A stretch of DNA of 64,000 nucleotides, taken from NCBI GenBank assembly GCA_964504195.1, contig CAZDDI010000003.1, positions 83,380 to 147,379 on the forward strand. Reading direction: 5' to 3'. This document shows positions 26,871-36,132 of this stretch, piece after piece (the stretch's first letter is position 1; each line of letters starts with the position of its first letter). The DNA is from an uncultured Anaerolineales bacterium (lineage in GTDB: Bacteria; Chloroflexota; Anaerolineae; B4-G1; SLSP01). Made by a program: the position numbers and the translations under genes. A model generated the notes under the pieces. It was given only the letters and a program-made list of their open reading frames with translations. It ran no database searches and was not told where the DNA came from.

Positions 26871-27553
26871 GCGACAGTTATGCGCGCGTGAACATCATCG
26901 TTGAAGGCCATACCGAAGAAACATTCGTGCGTGATGTGTTGACGGAGCCATTGGCAGCGCAGCACGTGTTCATCACAGCTCGCCGCGTGGAAACGGGACG
27001 TTCTTCCAGGCAGATTTATCGCGGCGGCATGACCACTTATGCCAAGGCCCGCCGCGATATCATGCGCTGGTTGGCTCAAGATCGTCAAGCATATGTCACT
27101 ACCATGTTCGACCTTTACCGAATCCCACTGGATTTCCCCGATGTGCGCTTAATTCCACCAGGCATTGAACCTTACGCCAGAATTACAGCATTGGAGAAGG
27201 CATTGGAGGCTGATATCGGCATTGAGCGGTTCATCCCCTACCTGCAATTACACGAATTCGAAAACCTACTGTTCAGTGATGTGCAAGCAATTGATACAGT
27301 ATTGGGATTAAGACGCTCTCAACTACAGGCATTACAAGCCCTTCGCGAAGAGTTTACCTCACCGGAGTTGATTGATGATGGGGAGGACACGGCACCCTCC
27401 AAAAGGTTGCAGAAGCTCTACGAAGGATACGATAAATTGGCTTTCGGGCCGCGCATCGCAACCCATATTGGACTGGCAAAACTGCGCCAGGAGTGTCCTC
27501 ATTTCAATGCCTGGTTTTCTAGATTGGAAAATCTGCAATTTAGTAACCTTTAG
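26867..27553 (+). CDS. DUF4276-like small protein with Toprim-like N-terminal motif (candidate nuclease partner of the ATPase)
   Basis: The start VNIIVEGHTEETFVRDVL resembles the conserved Toprim IVEG-x-TE acidic motif. About 228 aa. Translationally coupled to the ATPase. Low GC. Confidence 0.6.
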   Translation: MSDSYARVNIIVEGHTEETFVRDVLTEPLAAQHVFITARRVETGRSSRQIYRGGMTTYAKARRDIMRWLAQDRQAYVTTMFDLYRIPLDFPDVRLIPPGIEPYARITALEKALEADIGIERFIPYLQLHEFENLLFSDVQAIDTVLGLRRSQLQALQALREEFTSPELIDDGEDTAPSKRLQKLYEGYDKLAFGPRIATHIGLAKLRQECPHFNAWFSRLENLQFSNL

Positions 27554-27558
27554 AAGCT

Positions 27559-28068
27559 ATGAACCACGCACGACGCATTCTCATCGTAGGATTCGGCAAT
27601 CAGTACCGGCGGGATGACGGCGTTGGGCCGTATGTGATCAATCTGGTGCGCGCGGCGCTGGCCCGTTCGCCTTTCGATCCGCTTGATGATGGCTTCGACA
27701 CGCTGGGTGAAACGGTGGATACCATCGTGCTGCATCAACTCGTGCCGGAGCTGGCGGAGACCTTCAAGGATTACGATCAGCTGATCTTCGTGGATGCGCA
27801 TGTGGGCGACCTGCCCGAACCCATCCGCGAGGAGCGGCTCGATGCGGCGTACACGCAGCCCTTCGTCTCGCATCAATTCCACCCCTCGACGGTGCTGGCG
27901 CTGACGCAACAGCTCTACGGGCGCGCGCCGCAGACTGTGCTGCTCTCTATTCGTGGGCACGATTTCGACTTCGGCGAGGGACTTTCGCCCGAAACTGAGG
28001 CCCTCGCGCAGGAAGTCGCGGCGCGGATTATACAGAGTATCACGGATTCTGCTTTCCCCGCACGTTGA
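27559..28068 (+). CDS. hoxW: Hydrogenase maturation endopeptidase (HoxW/HycI/HybD family)
   Basis: ILIVGFGNQYRRDDGVGPYV is the GNxxxxDDGxG motif. VDAH gives the Glu/Asp/His metal ligands. About 169 aa. Confidence 0.8.
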   Translation: MNHARRILIVGFGNQYRRDDGVGPYVINLVRAALARSPFDPLDDGFDTLGETVDTIVLHQLVPELAETFKDYDQLIFVDAHVGDLPEPIREERLDAAYTQPFVSHQFHPSTVLALTQQLYGRAPQTVLLSIRGHDFDFGEGLSPETEALAQEVAARIIQSITDSAFPAR

Positions 28069-28700
28069 AGTAGAACTGCCTCGTGCAAGTCCCCCGCGCC
28101 CCCGTGAAAAACACAGGAGCGCGCTTTTTTGCCCCCCACGCTCTTCGCGTATCATGCTTGCTCAATCCCTCAAGGTGGATGTCTTAACGACATCATTCAA
28201 GTTGCCACCCGCACTTTTGACCACAGTCGGCTGACAACGGACGACCTTTGGAATGTAAAACGTGGTCTGTCATCACTGGTCGGTGGTCTACGTCTAGAAA
28301 GTAACAATTTGGTTTAACATATCCACACTCGGTCATTCAAAACGGAATTTGGCAAGGCATTGGTATGACCTTTGCAAGGTTTAACTGTATCGGTGGAATA
28401 ATGTCACTATGCCGTTAGGTGAGATTGCGGTATAATGAACGGTGGTATTTTGTAAGCGGGAAAGCAGGTATTGGAAATGAAGCGAGACGACATCTTGCAC
28501 GCCTTAGCTCAATTTCAAGAGCTAACCCAGGTCGAATTTGGCATCACGCACAGTCGAGATTTTTAGCCACGAATCACACGAATTTTACGAACTTAGCTGA
28601 TGTTTTCGCGTTAATTTGTGAAATTCGTGGCAAATTCTGGAAAATGTCGGTAGTGAATTCGTAACTTGTCATTTGTAATCTTACAGGAGGAACTTAGTCC

Positions 28701-29063
28701 ATGAAGAGCTTAGAAGAACTACGGAAGATCAAAGAACGGGCGTTGGAGCGTCGGCAGCTGGCCGGGGCGGGGGCGCGCGCACGGGTGACGGTGGCGATGG
28801 GCACGTGCGGTATCGCTGCGGGCGCGCGGGACACCATGACGGCCATCCTCAATGAGATGGAGAAGCGTCAACTCAGCGATGTGGTGGTCACACAGACCGG
28901 ATGCATGGGCCTGTGCGAGTATGAGCCGCTGGTGCAGATCCAGGTAGGTGAGGAAGAAGTGGTCACTTACGGCAAAATTGATCCCTCTCGCGTTCCCGAA
29001 CTCATCGAGGCGCACCTGGTCAAGGGCGAACCGGTTGCAGCGTGGCAGGTGCAAACTGCCTAG
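28701..29063 (+). CDS. Small thioredoxin-like [2Fe-2S] ferredoxin-domain protein, copy 2
   Basis: 117/120 aa identical to 17568-17930. Confidence 0.7.
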   Translation: MKSLEELRKIKERALERRQLAGAGARARVTVAMGTCGIAAGARDTMTAILNEMEKRQLSDVVVTQTGCMGLCEYEPLVQIQVGEEEVVTYGKIDPSRVPELIEAHLVKGEPVAAWQVQTA

Positions 29064-29202
29064 AGCGCAGGGCGCGCGTGAGCATTCATCCGGTACAGCC
29101 CTGATGATGGGAATAGCAGCCTGAGAGCGAACTAAAGTTCGCGTTATGTTTGCTACATTGATTTGTGATCCGCTGATTTGCAGATTTTCTTGAGGAGGTA
29201 TT

Positions 29203-30975
29203 ATGGTTTACCGCGCACATGTCTTGATCTGCGGGGAACCCCGCTGTGTCGAAAAGGGCGCGCGGGACGTCGAGGCGGCGCTGACCCAAAAAATACAGGA
29301 ACTGGGCCTGGAAAACGAGGTCCAAATTCTGGAGGCCAGCGCGCTGGGGCATGGCGACCAAGGGCCGGAGCTGGTCATCTACCCCGAAGGCGTCCATTAC
29401 GTCAACGTGCGTCCGGAAGATGCGGCGCGCATTGCTGAGGAGCATCTGCTCAAAGGGCGTCCCATCGCGGAATTGCAGTACAAAGAGCCGCCGAGCGAAC
29501 CGTTGCCTGCGCCTTCTGTCAAAGAAATTCGCGTGGTGCTGGGCAAAATCGGCAAAATTGACCCGGAAAACATTGAGGATTACATCGCGCTGGATGGCTA
29601 CGCCGCACTGGCGAAGGTGTTGGGCGGCATGTCCCCCGATGATGTGCTGGCCGAGCTTAAAACATCCGGGCTGCGTGGCCGTGGTGGTGCGGGTTTCCCC
29701 ACGCACCTCAAGTGGAGCTTCGCCAAGAATGCACCCGGCGATGTGAAATACGTCATCTGTAACGCTGATGAGGGTGACCCCGGTGCGTTTATGAACCGGC
29801 GTGTGCTCGAAGGCGACCCGCACGCCGTCATCGAGGGGATGGCGATTGCGGCGTATGTCATCGGCGCGCGGCAGGGCTACATTTACGTCCGTGCCGAGTA
29901 CCCCATCGCTATCAGCACCTTGCGCGTGGCGCTGGCGCAGGCCCGCGAGTATGGGTTGCTGGGAGAGAACATCCTCGGTACCGATTTCAGCTTTGACCTG
30001 GAAATCCGCATGGGGGCCGGCGCCTTCGTCTGTGGTGAAGAGACCGCGCTGATGCAATCTATCGAAGGCGCGCGCGGGATGCCCACCACGCGCCCCCCGT
30101 TCCCCGCCACCAAGGGTTTGTGGGGCAAGCCTTCCAACATCAATAACGTGGAGACCTACGCCAATGTCCCGCAGATTTTGCTCAAGGGCGGTGCGTGGTT
30201 CGCCTCGATGGGTACGGAGAAAAGCAAGGGCACCAAGACCTTCGCCATTGCGGGGAAAGTGGAACGCACCGGGCTGGTGGAAGTGCCGTTGGGGATGACC
30301 ATCCGCGAAATCGTCTATGATGTGGGCGGTGGCGTGCTCGATGGCAAAAAGTTCAAGGCCGTGCAGACCGGCGGGCCGATGGGTGGTTGTATTCCGGAGA
30401 AGTACCTGGATTTGCCTGTGGATTACGAGAATCTTGCCGCAGTGGGTTCTATGATGGGGTCGGGCGGTTTTGTCGTGATGGACGAAGAAACCTGTATGGT
30501 GGACATCGCCCGCTTCTTCATGGAGTTCACGCAGGATGAGTCGTGCGGCAAGTGTGTGCCGTGTCGCATCGGTACGCGGCGGATGCTGGAGATTCTCAAC
30601 GATATTTGCGCGGGCAAGGGCAAGTCGGGTGATATCGAGATGCTGGAACAGTTGAGCCGCTATATCAACAAAGGCTCGTTGTGCGGCCTGGGTCAGGGTG
30701 CGCCGAACCCCGTGCTCAGTACGTTGGAACACTTCCGCGATGAGTATGAGGCGCACATCTTCGAGAAGCGCTGCCCGGCGAAAGTTTGCAAGGCCCTGAT
30801 CGAGTACAAGATCGAGCCGGACGCCTGTATCGGCTGCACGCGCTGCGCGCGCAACTGCCCGGTCAACGCCATTGCGGGTTCGCCCAAGCAAGTGCATGTG
30901 ATTGACCCTGAGACGTGCATCCGCTGTGGCATCTGCAAGCAGGTCTGCCCGGTCAACGCGGTCTACATCGAGTAG
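29203..30975 (+). CDS. NuoF-like flavoprotein subunit with C-terminal 2x[4Fe-4S] domain, copy 2 (FDH-associated)
   Basis: About 93% aa identical to 18070-19842 and has the same motifs. Confidence 0.85.
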   Translation: MVYRAHVLICGEPRCVEKGARDVEAALTQKIQELGLENEVQILEASALGHGDQGPELVIYPEGVHYVNVRPEDAARIAEEHLLKGRPIAELQYKEPPSEPLPAPSVKEIRVVLGKIGKIDPENIEDYIALDGYAALAKVLGGMSPDDVLAELKTSGLRGRGGAGFPTHLKWSFAKNAPGDVKYVICNADEGDPGAFMNRRVLEGDPHAVIEGMAIAAYVIGARQGYIYVRAEYPIAISTLRVALAQAREYGLLGENILGTDFSFDLEIRMGAGAFVCGEETALMQSIEGARGMPTTRPPFPATKGLWGKPSNINNVETYANVPQILLKGGAWFASMGTEKSKGTKTFAIAGKVERTGLVEVPLGMTIREIVYDVGGGVLDGKKFKAVQTGGPMGGCIPEKYLDLPVDYENLAAVGSMMGSGGFVVMDEETCMVDIARFFMEFTQDESCGKCVPCRIGTRRMLEILNDICAGKGKSGDIEMLEQLSRYINKGSLCGLGQGAPNPVLSTLEHFRDEYEAHIFEKRCPAKVCKALIEYKIEPDACIGCTRCARNCPVNAIAGSPKQVHVIDPETCIRCGICKQVCPVNAVYIE

Positions 30976-30995
30976 CCGAGATTGCGAGGGATAGG

Positions 30996-31475
30996 ATGAC
31001 AATGAATACAACTTTGATGGACACTGTTTTTGAGCGTTACGGGAGCGATGCAGAAGCGCTGGTCGAAATCCTCCGTGATCTGAACCAGGCTGAGGGCTAC
31101 CTCTCCCAAGAACTGATGATAGCCGTAGCTGACCGGCTGCGCTTGCCGCGCGGTCATGTGTTTAGTGTGGCTTCGTTCTATAGTATGATGAATGTAAAAC
31201 CGCGTGGGCAGCATGTGGTGCTGATGTGCCAGGATGCGCCCTGTCATATAGCTGGCGGGCGCGAGGTCTGGGACGCGCTGGAAGAGACACTGGGCATCGC
31301 CTTTGGCGAGACCTCGCCCGATGGCAAGTGGACGCTGGAAGTCGCCAGCTGCCTGGGTCTGTGCGCGGTTGGCCCGGTGGTGCAGATTGATGGTGAAGTG
31401 TACGGCAATATGACCCCAGACAAGGTGCGGGCATTGCTGGTGCGCTTCGATGGGGATGCAGGAGGTGCAGCATGA
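30996..31475 (+). CDS. NuoE-like [2Fe-2S] subunit (paralog of 19855-20343)
   Basis: CQDAPCHIAGG...ASCLGLCAVGPV. About 55% identical to the hydrogenase-operon paralog. Confidence 0.8.
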   Translation: MTMNTTLMDTVFERYGSDAEALVEILRDLNQAEGYLSQELMIAVADRLRLPRGHVFSVASFYSMMNVKPRGQHVVLMCQDAPCHIAGGREVWDALEETLGIAFGETSPDGKWTLEVASCLGLCAVGPVVQIDGEVYGNMTPDKVRALLVRFDGDAGGAA

Positions 31476-33133
31476 TCCGCGCCCGTGTGATGATTTCTGG
31501 CGACCCCATCAGCCTGGCCCATGGCGCTGAGGCGCTCAAGCTGGCGATGGAAGCGGAACTGGCTTATTACGGCCTGGAAAACGAGGTGCAGGTGGGCTTC
31601 ATCGGGCAGGTGGGCCGCCGCGACGTGCTGCCGTTTGCGCTGGTCTATCCTGAAGGTACGCTGTATGGCCCGCTGCGGCTGAGCGATGTGCCGTTCCTGG
31701 TGCAGGAGCATCTCTACAAGGGGCGCGTGGCCGAAGCGCTGTTGGCCCCGCCCGATGTATTGTCCGGTAAAATTGCCCGTCTGCCCCGGCGCGAGGGCGT
31801 GCTTTACGGGCAGCAGCGCGTGGTCTTGCGCCGCGCGGGTTTGATTGACCCCAAGAATATCGAAGAGTACATCGCGCACGATGGATATTTCGCGCTGGGT
31901 AAGGCCGTCACCGAGATGACGCCCGCCGAGGTGCTGCAAACCGTGAAAGATTCCGGCTTGCAGGGACGCGGCGGCGCAGGTTTCCCCGCCGGGGTGAAGT
32001 GGGGCTTTGTAGCTGCGCAACCGGGCGATGAGAAGTACATTGTCTGTAACGCGGATGAATCTGAGCCGGGCACGTTCAAGGATCGCCTGATCCTGGAAGG
32101 CGACCCCCACGCGGTGCTGGAAGGTATGGCCCTGGCCGGGTATGCCTGTGGCGCATCGCAGGGCTGGATTTACATTCGCGGCGAGTACACGCTGGCGAAA
32201 GAGCGCATCGAGCTGGCAATCCAGCAGGCTGAAGAGCTGGGTGTGCTGGGCAACAACCTCTTTGAGAGCGATTTCTCGTTCCATATTCACGTCCACGCGG
32301 GTGCGGGCGCGTATGTCTGCGGCGAGGAGACGGCGCTGCTGGAGAGCCTCGAAGGCAAGCGCGGCATCCCGCGCATCCGTCCGCCGTATCCACCAGTGCA
32401 GGGCTATCACCAGAAGCCCACCGCTGTCAACAACGTGGAAACGCTGGCGAACGTACCGGCGATTATCCAGAATGGCGCGGCGTGGTATCGCGGCATCGGC
32501 ACGGAAAAAAGCCCCGGCACCAAGGTCTATACTATGCTGGGCGATGTGAATGTGACGGGCCTGATCGAAGTGCCGATGGGCATTACCCTGCGCGAAGTCA
32601 TCGAAGTCTACGGCGGCGGCATGAAGGGCGAGCTGGCGTTCAAGTGCGCGCAGACCGGCGGCGCGGCGGGCAGCATCATCGCCCCGGCGCTGCTGGATGT
32701 GCCGATGGATTTCGCTACGATGCAGGCGAACGGCGCCTCTTTGGGCAGCGGCGCGTTGCTCGTCTGCGGCGAGGATAAGTGTATCGTAGACCTGGCTTAC
32801 GTCTTGATGCGCTTCTTTGCGACCGAATCGTGCGGCAAGTGCGTTCCCTGTCGTTTGGGCACGCGCCGCATGGTGGAGATTCTGGATCGCCTGCGACATG
32901 GACATGGCACGCTGGAAGACCTGGATGCGCTCGAAATAATGGCGCCGCAAGTCATTGCGACCTCGTTCTGCGGGTTGGGGCAGGGCGCGCCGGTTTCAAT
33001 CATTACCGCGCTACGCCACTTCCGCGCCGAGTTCGAGGCCCACGTCGCCGGGACCTGTCCCGCGGGCGTTTGTCCTATGCACAGTCCGGTGGCCGAGCAA
33101 CCGGTATCGCACGCCTACCTGGCGTTTGCTTAA
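31472..33133 (+). CDS. NuoF-like flavoprotein subunit (paralog of 20340-21920)
   Basis: GRGGAGFPAGVKWGF and ESCGKCVPCRLG motifs. ATGA overlap with the upstream gene. Confidence 0.85.
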   Translation: MIRARVMISGDPISLAHGAEALKLAMEAELAYYGLENEVQVGFIGQVGRRDVLPFALVYPEGTLYGPLRLSDVPFLVQEHLYKGRVAEALLAPPDVLSGKIARLPRREGVLYGQQRVVLRRAGLIDPKNIEEYIAHDGYFALGKAVTEMTPAEVLQTVKDSGLQGRGGAGFPAGVKWGFVAAQPGDEKYIVCNADESEPGTFKDRLILEGDPHAVLEGMALAGYACGASQGWIYIRGEYTLAKERIELAIQQAEELGVLGNNLFESDFSFHIHVHAGAGAYVCGEETALLESLEGKRGIPRIRPPYPPVQGYHQKPTAVNNVETLANVPAIIQNGAAWYRGIGTEKSPGTKVYTMLGDVNVTGLIEVPMGITLREVIEVYGGGMKGELAFKCAQTGGAAGSIIAPALLDVPMDFATMQANGASLGSGALLVCGEDKCIVDLAYVLMRFFATESCGKCVPCRLGTRRMVEILDRLRHGHGTLEDLDALEIMAPQVIATSFCGLGQGAPVSIITALRHFRAEFEAHVAGTCPAGVCPMHSPVAEQPVSHAYLAFA

Positions 33134-33167
33134 GCTTACATCGAATTATTGAGTTAAGGAGGACTGC

Positions 33168-35897
33168 ATGTCTCAAATGATCAATCTAACCATTGATGGC
33201 AAGCGCGTCGCCGTGCCAGGTGGTTCAACGGTATTGGAAGCGGCCCAGGCCGCCGGTATTGAAATCCCGACCTTGTGCCATCATCCCGCGCTCACGCCCA
33301 CCGGCTCGTGCCGCCTGTGCGTGGTTGCGGTTGAGGGGATGCGGGGGCCGACGACGGCCTGCACCCTGCCCGCAAACGAGGGCATGGTGGTCAACACGCA
33401 CACCGACGAGGTAGTGACGCTGCGCAAGTTCGTGCTCTCGATGCTGCTCACCGATCACCCTAACGATTGTATGAAGTGTGAGGTGGACGGCAACTGCGAG
33501 TTGCAGCGCTGGGTCTATGAGTACGATGTGGAATGGCCGGTGCATAGCGGTGCGCGCCACGCCTATCCTATAGATTCTGACCCCAATCCGGTGGTCTTTG
33601 TGGATATGAATAAGTGTATCCTGTGCGGGCGCTGTGTGCGCACCTGTCAGGAGATTCAGGGCTGCGACGTGTGGAACTTCTCGCAGCGCGGGTTCGATAC
33701 GCACGTTGTCGCCGGGGCTGAGCAGCTGATGCTCGATTCCGGCTGCGAGTCCTGCGGTAACTGTGTTGCAATCTGCCCCGTCGGCGCGCTGTTCGACAAG
33801 CCTTCGATTGGGTGGGGACGCGCGGCCTATCAAGAGAAAGTCCGCACGACCTGCACCTACTGCGGCGTCGGTTGCCAGTTCGATTTCAACGTCAAAGACG
33901 GCAAGATCACGCGCGTTACCTCCGCTGAGGATGCGCCGGTCAACGGGCTGGCGTTGTGCGTGAAGGGCCGCTATGGGTGGGACTTCATCCATCGCGAGGA
34001 TCGCCTGACCGCTCCGCTTATCCGCGACGAGAGCGTGACCGACGGCCCTTGGCCGGGCTTCCGCGAGGCGAGTTGGGACGAGGCACTCGATCTGGTCGCC
34101 AGCAAGCTGACACACTACCGCGACACGACCGGCCCGGATAGCGTAGGCTATCTGAGTTCGGCGAAATGCACGAACGAAGAGAATTATTTGATGCAGAAGA
34201 TCGCGCGTGGTATCGGCAAGACCAATAACGTAGATCACTGCGCGCGCCTGTGCCACGCCTCCACGGTGGCGGGCCTGGCGACGACGTTGGGCAGCGGTGC
34301 GATGACCAACTCGATTGAAGATAGCACGATGCAGAGCAAAGTGCTCTTTGTCATCGGCTCGAACACCACCGAGCAGCACCCGGTCATCGGCACGAAGATG
34401 CGCAAGGCTGTGCGCGAGAACGGCACGAAGATCATCGTGGCCGACCCGCGCCGCATCAGCCTGACGCGCCTGCCGGGCTGCCTGCACTTGCAGCAGCGGC
34501 CTGGTACGGATATCGCGCTGGTCAACGGCCTGATGCGCGAAATCCTGGTCAACGGCTGGGAGGATGCGGAGTACATCGCCGCGCGCACGGAAGGTTTTGA
34601 GGAACTCAAAACTGTGGTGATGACGTACACGCTGGAGAAGACTGAGGAAATTACTGGTGTCCCGGCGGCGAAAATTGCTGAGGCAGCGCGCATCCTGGGC
34701 GAGAACAAGCCCGGCGCGGTCTTCTGGTCTATGGGTATCACGCAGCACACCACCGGTGTCTACAACGTGATGTCGCTCTCGAATATGCAGATGCTTTTGG
34801 GCAACCTGGGCGTCGCGGGCGGCGGTGTGAACCCGCTGCGCGGGCAGAACAATGTACAGGGTGCGTGCGACCTGGGCTGTCTGGTCAACGTCTACCCCGG
34901 CTATCAGGCCGTTACCAATCCCGATTTCAAGGCCAAGTTCGAGAAGGCCTGGGGTGTTGAGGGGCTGTCGGATAAAGTGGGTTTGACTGTGGTTGAGCAG
35001 ATGCACGCGGCGCACGATGGCCGGGTCAAAGCATTGTTCATCATGGCTGAAAACCCAATGACCTCCGACCCTGATCTCAACCATGTCAAAGAGGCGCTGG
35101 AGACGGTGGACTTCCTGGTGGTGCAGGAAATCTTCATGAGCGAGACGGCCAAGTTCGCGGATGTGATTCTGCCGGGTCTGTCGTTCGCGGAGAAAGAAGG
35201 CACGTTTACCAATACTGAGCGCCGCATCCAGCTGATTCGCAAGGCGGTGGAAGGCCCAGGCATCGCGCGCGCCGACTGGGAAATTCTCTGCGATCTGGCG
35301 ACGCGCATGGGCTATCCCATGCACTACAACAGCCCGGCGGAGATCATGGATGAGATGGCGCAGGTAACGCCGATTTATGCGGGCGTCCACTTCTCCCGTC
35401 TGGAGGCTGGTGAGCAGCTCTGCTGGCCGGTGAAGGGCGACGAGCATCCCGGCACACCGATCCTGCACATCGGACAGTTCTCGCGGGGCAAGGGCCTCTT
35501 CAAGGCGCTTGAGCACATCGAGCCGCAGGAAGCGCCCGATGCCGAGTATCCGTTCACGATGACGACAGGGCGCGTGATCTACCACTGGCACGGCGGCGAG
35601 CAGACGCGCCGTTCGGAGAGCCTGATGGCGCTCTATCCAGGGCCGCGTGTGGAAATCAACCCGGCGGACGCTTCGCGGCTGGGCGTCGTCGAAGGGGACG
35701 ACCTCAAGGTGGCCTCGCGGCGCGGCGAGTTCCACGCCAAGGCGGAAGTGACGGAGCGCGTAGAGCCAGGCATCATCTTCGGCACCTTCCACTTCCCGGA
35801 GGGTAACGTCAACTGGGCCACCGGCGCGTTCCTCGACCCCATCGCCAAGATTCCGGAGTTCAAGGTCACGGCGGTGAAAGTGGAGAAGGTCGCGTAA
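33168..35897 (+). CDS. fdhA: Formate dehydrogenase catalytic (alpha) subunit, molybdopterin-dependent, Cys-type, with fused NuoG-like N-terminal 2Fe-2S/4Fe-4S domains
   Basis: 909 aa. The N-terminus parallels the HoxU-like gene (INLTIDGKRV...CHHPALTPTGSCRLCVV). The catalytic-site block NNVDHCARLCHASTVAGL has Cys at the position occupied by Sec in FdhF-type enzymes. MopB and molybdopterin dinucleotide-binding regions are present. Confidence 0.85.
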   Translation: MSQMINLTIDGKRVAVPGGSTVLEAAQAAGIEIPTLCHHPALTPTGSCRLCVVAVEGMRGPTTACTLPANEGMVVNTHTDEVVTLRKFVLSMLLTDHPNDCMKCEVDGNCELQRWVYEYDVEWPVHSGARHAYPIDSDPNPVVFVDMNKCILCGRCVRTCQEIQGCDVWNFSQRGFDTHVVAGAEQLMLDSGCESCGNCVAICPVGALFDKPSIGWGRAAYQEKVRTTCTYCGVGCQFDFNVKDGKITRVTSAEDAPVNGLALCVKGRYGWDFIHREDRLTAPLIRDESVTDGPWPGFREASWDEALDLVASKLTHYRDTTGPDSVGYLSSAKCTNEENYLMQKIARGIGKTNNVDHCARLCHASTVAGLATTLGSGAMTNSIEDSTMQSKVLFVIGSNTTEQHPVIGTKMRKAVRENGTKIIVADPRRISLTRLPGCLHLQQRPGTDIALVNGLMREILVNGWEDAEYIAARTEGFEELKTVVMTYTLEKTEEITGVPAAKIAEAARILGENKPGAVFWSMGITQHTTGVYNVMSLSNMQMLLGNLGVAGGGVNPLRGQNNVQGACDLGCLVNVYPGYQAVTNPDFKAKFEKAWGVEGLSDKVGLTVVEQMHAAHDGRVKALFIMAENPMTSDPDLNHVKEALETVDFLVVQEIFMSETAKFADVILPGLSFAEKEGTFTNTERRIQLIRKAVEGPGIARADWEILCDLATRMGYPMHYNSPAEIMDEMAQVTPIYAGVHFSRLEAGEQLCWPVKGDEHPGTPILHIGQFSRGKGLFKALEHIEPQEAPDAEYPFTMTTGRVIYHWHGGEQTRRSESLMALYPGPRVEINPADASRLGVVEGDDLKVASRRGEFHAKAEVTERVEPGIIFGTFHFPEGNVNWATGAFLDPIAKIPEFKVTAVKVEKVA

Positions 35898-35917
35898 GAC
35901 GGATTTCTCGTATAGTA

Positions 35918-35956
35918 ACGTCCTGGCAGAGGCTTCTGCCAGGACGTTTGTTTTTG
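35918..35956 (+). terminator. Intrinsic terminator after fdhA
   Basis: ACGTCCTGGCAGA-GGCT-TCTGCCAGGACGT is a 13-bp stem followed by TTGTTTTTGTG. Confidence 0.6.
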
Positions 35957-36132
35957 TGAGAGGGAAGTGAGAAGTAAACTTACCTTAAAATTGACAAAGC
36001 CGATGGTTATTTTACAATAGAAATGTGGGACGGCAGGCAAAGGCGTGACCTGAAGCGATAATGAAGGGCTGAAATTTTGCTATCTAGCGCTCTTTGCGCT
36101 GGATAGCGCCAGTCTGAAATAGGAGGGGAAGG

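Noticed and set aside
29086-32950. Long minus-strand ORFs (641 aa and 568 aa) opposite the NuoF-like genes of the FDH operon. The same applies to 18211-19470 and 20538-21281 opposite the first operon.
   Set aside because: They are antisense shadows of strongly supported NuoF/NuoE genes. No start context or motif supports them.
33225-35792. 855-aa minus-strand ORF opposite fdhA
   Set aside because: It is antisense to the formate dehydrogenase gene, has a low-complexity Arg/Ala/His-rich translation and no recognisable domain. It is a high-GC artefact.
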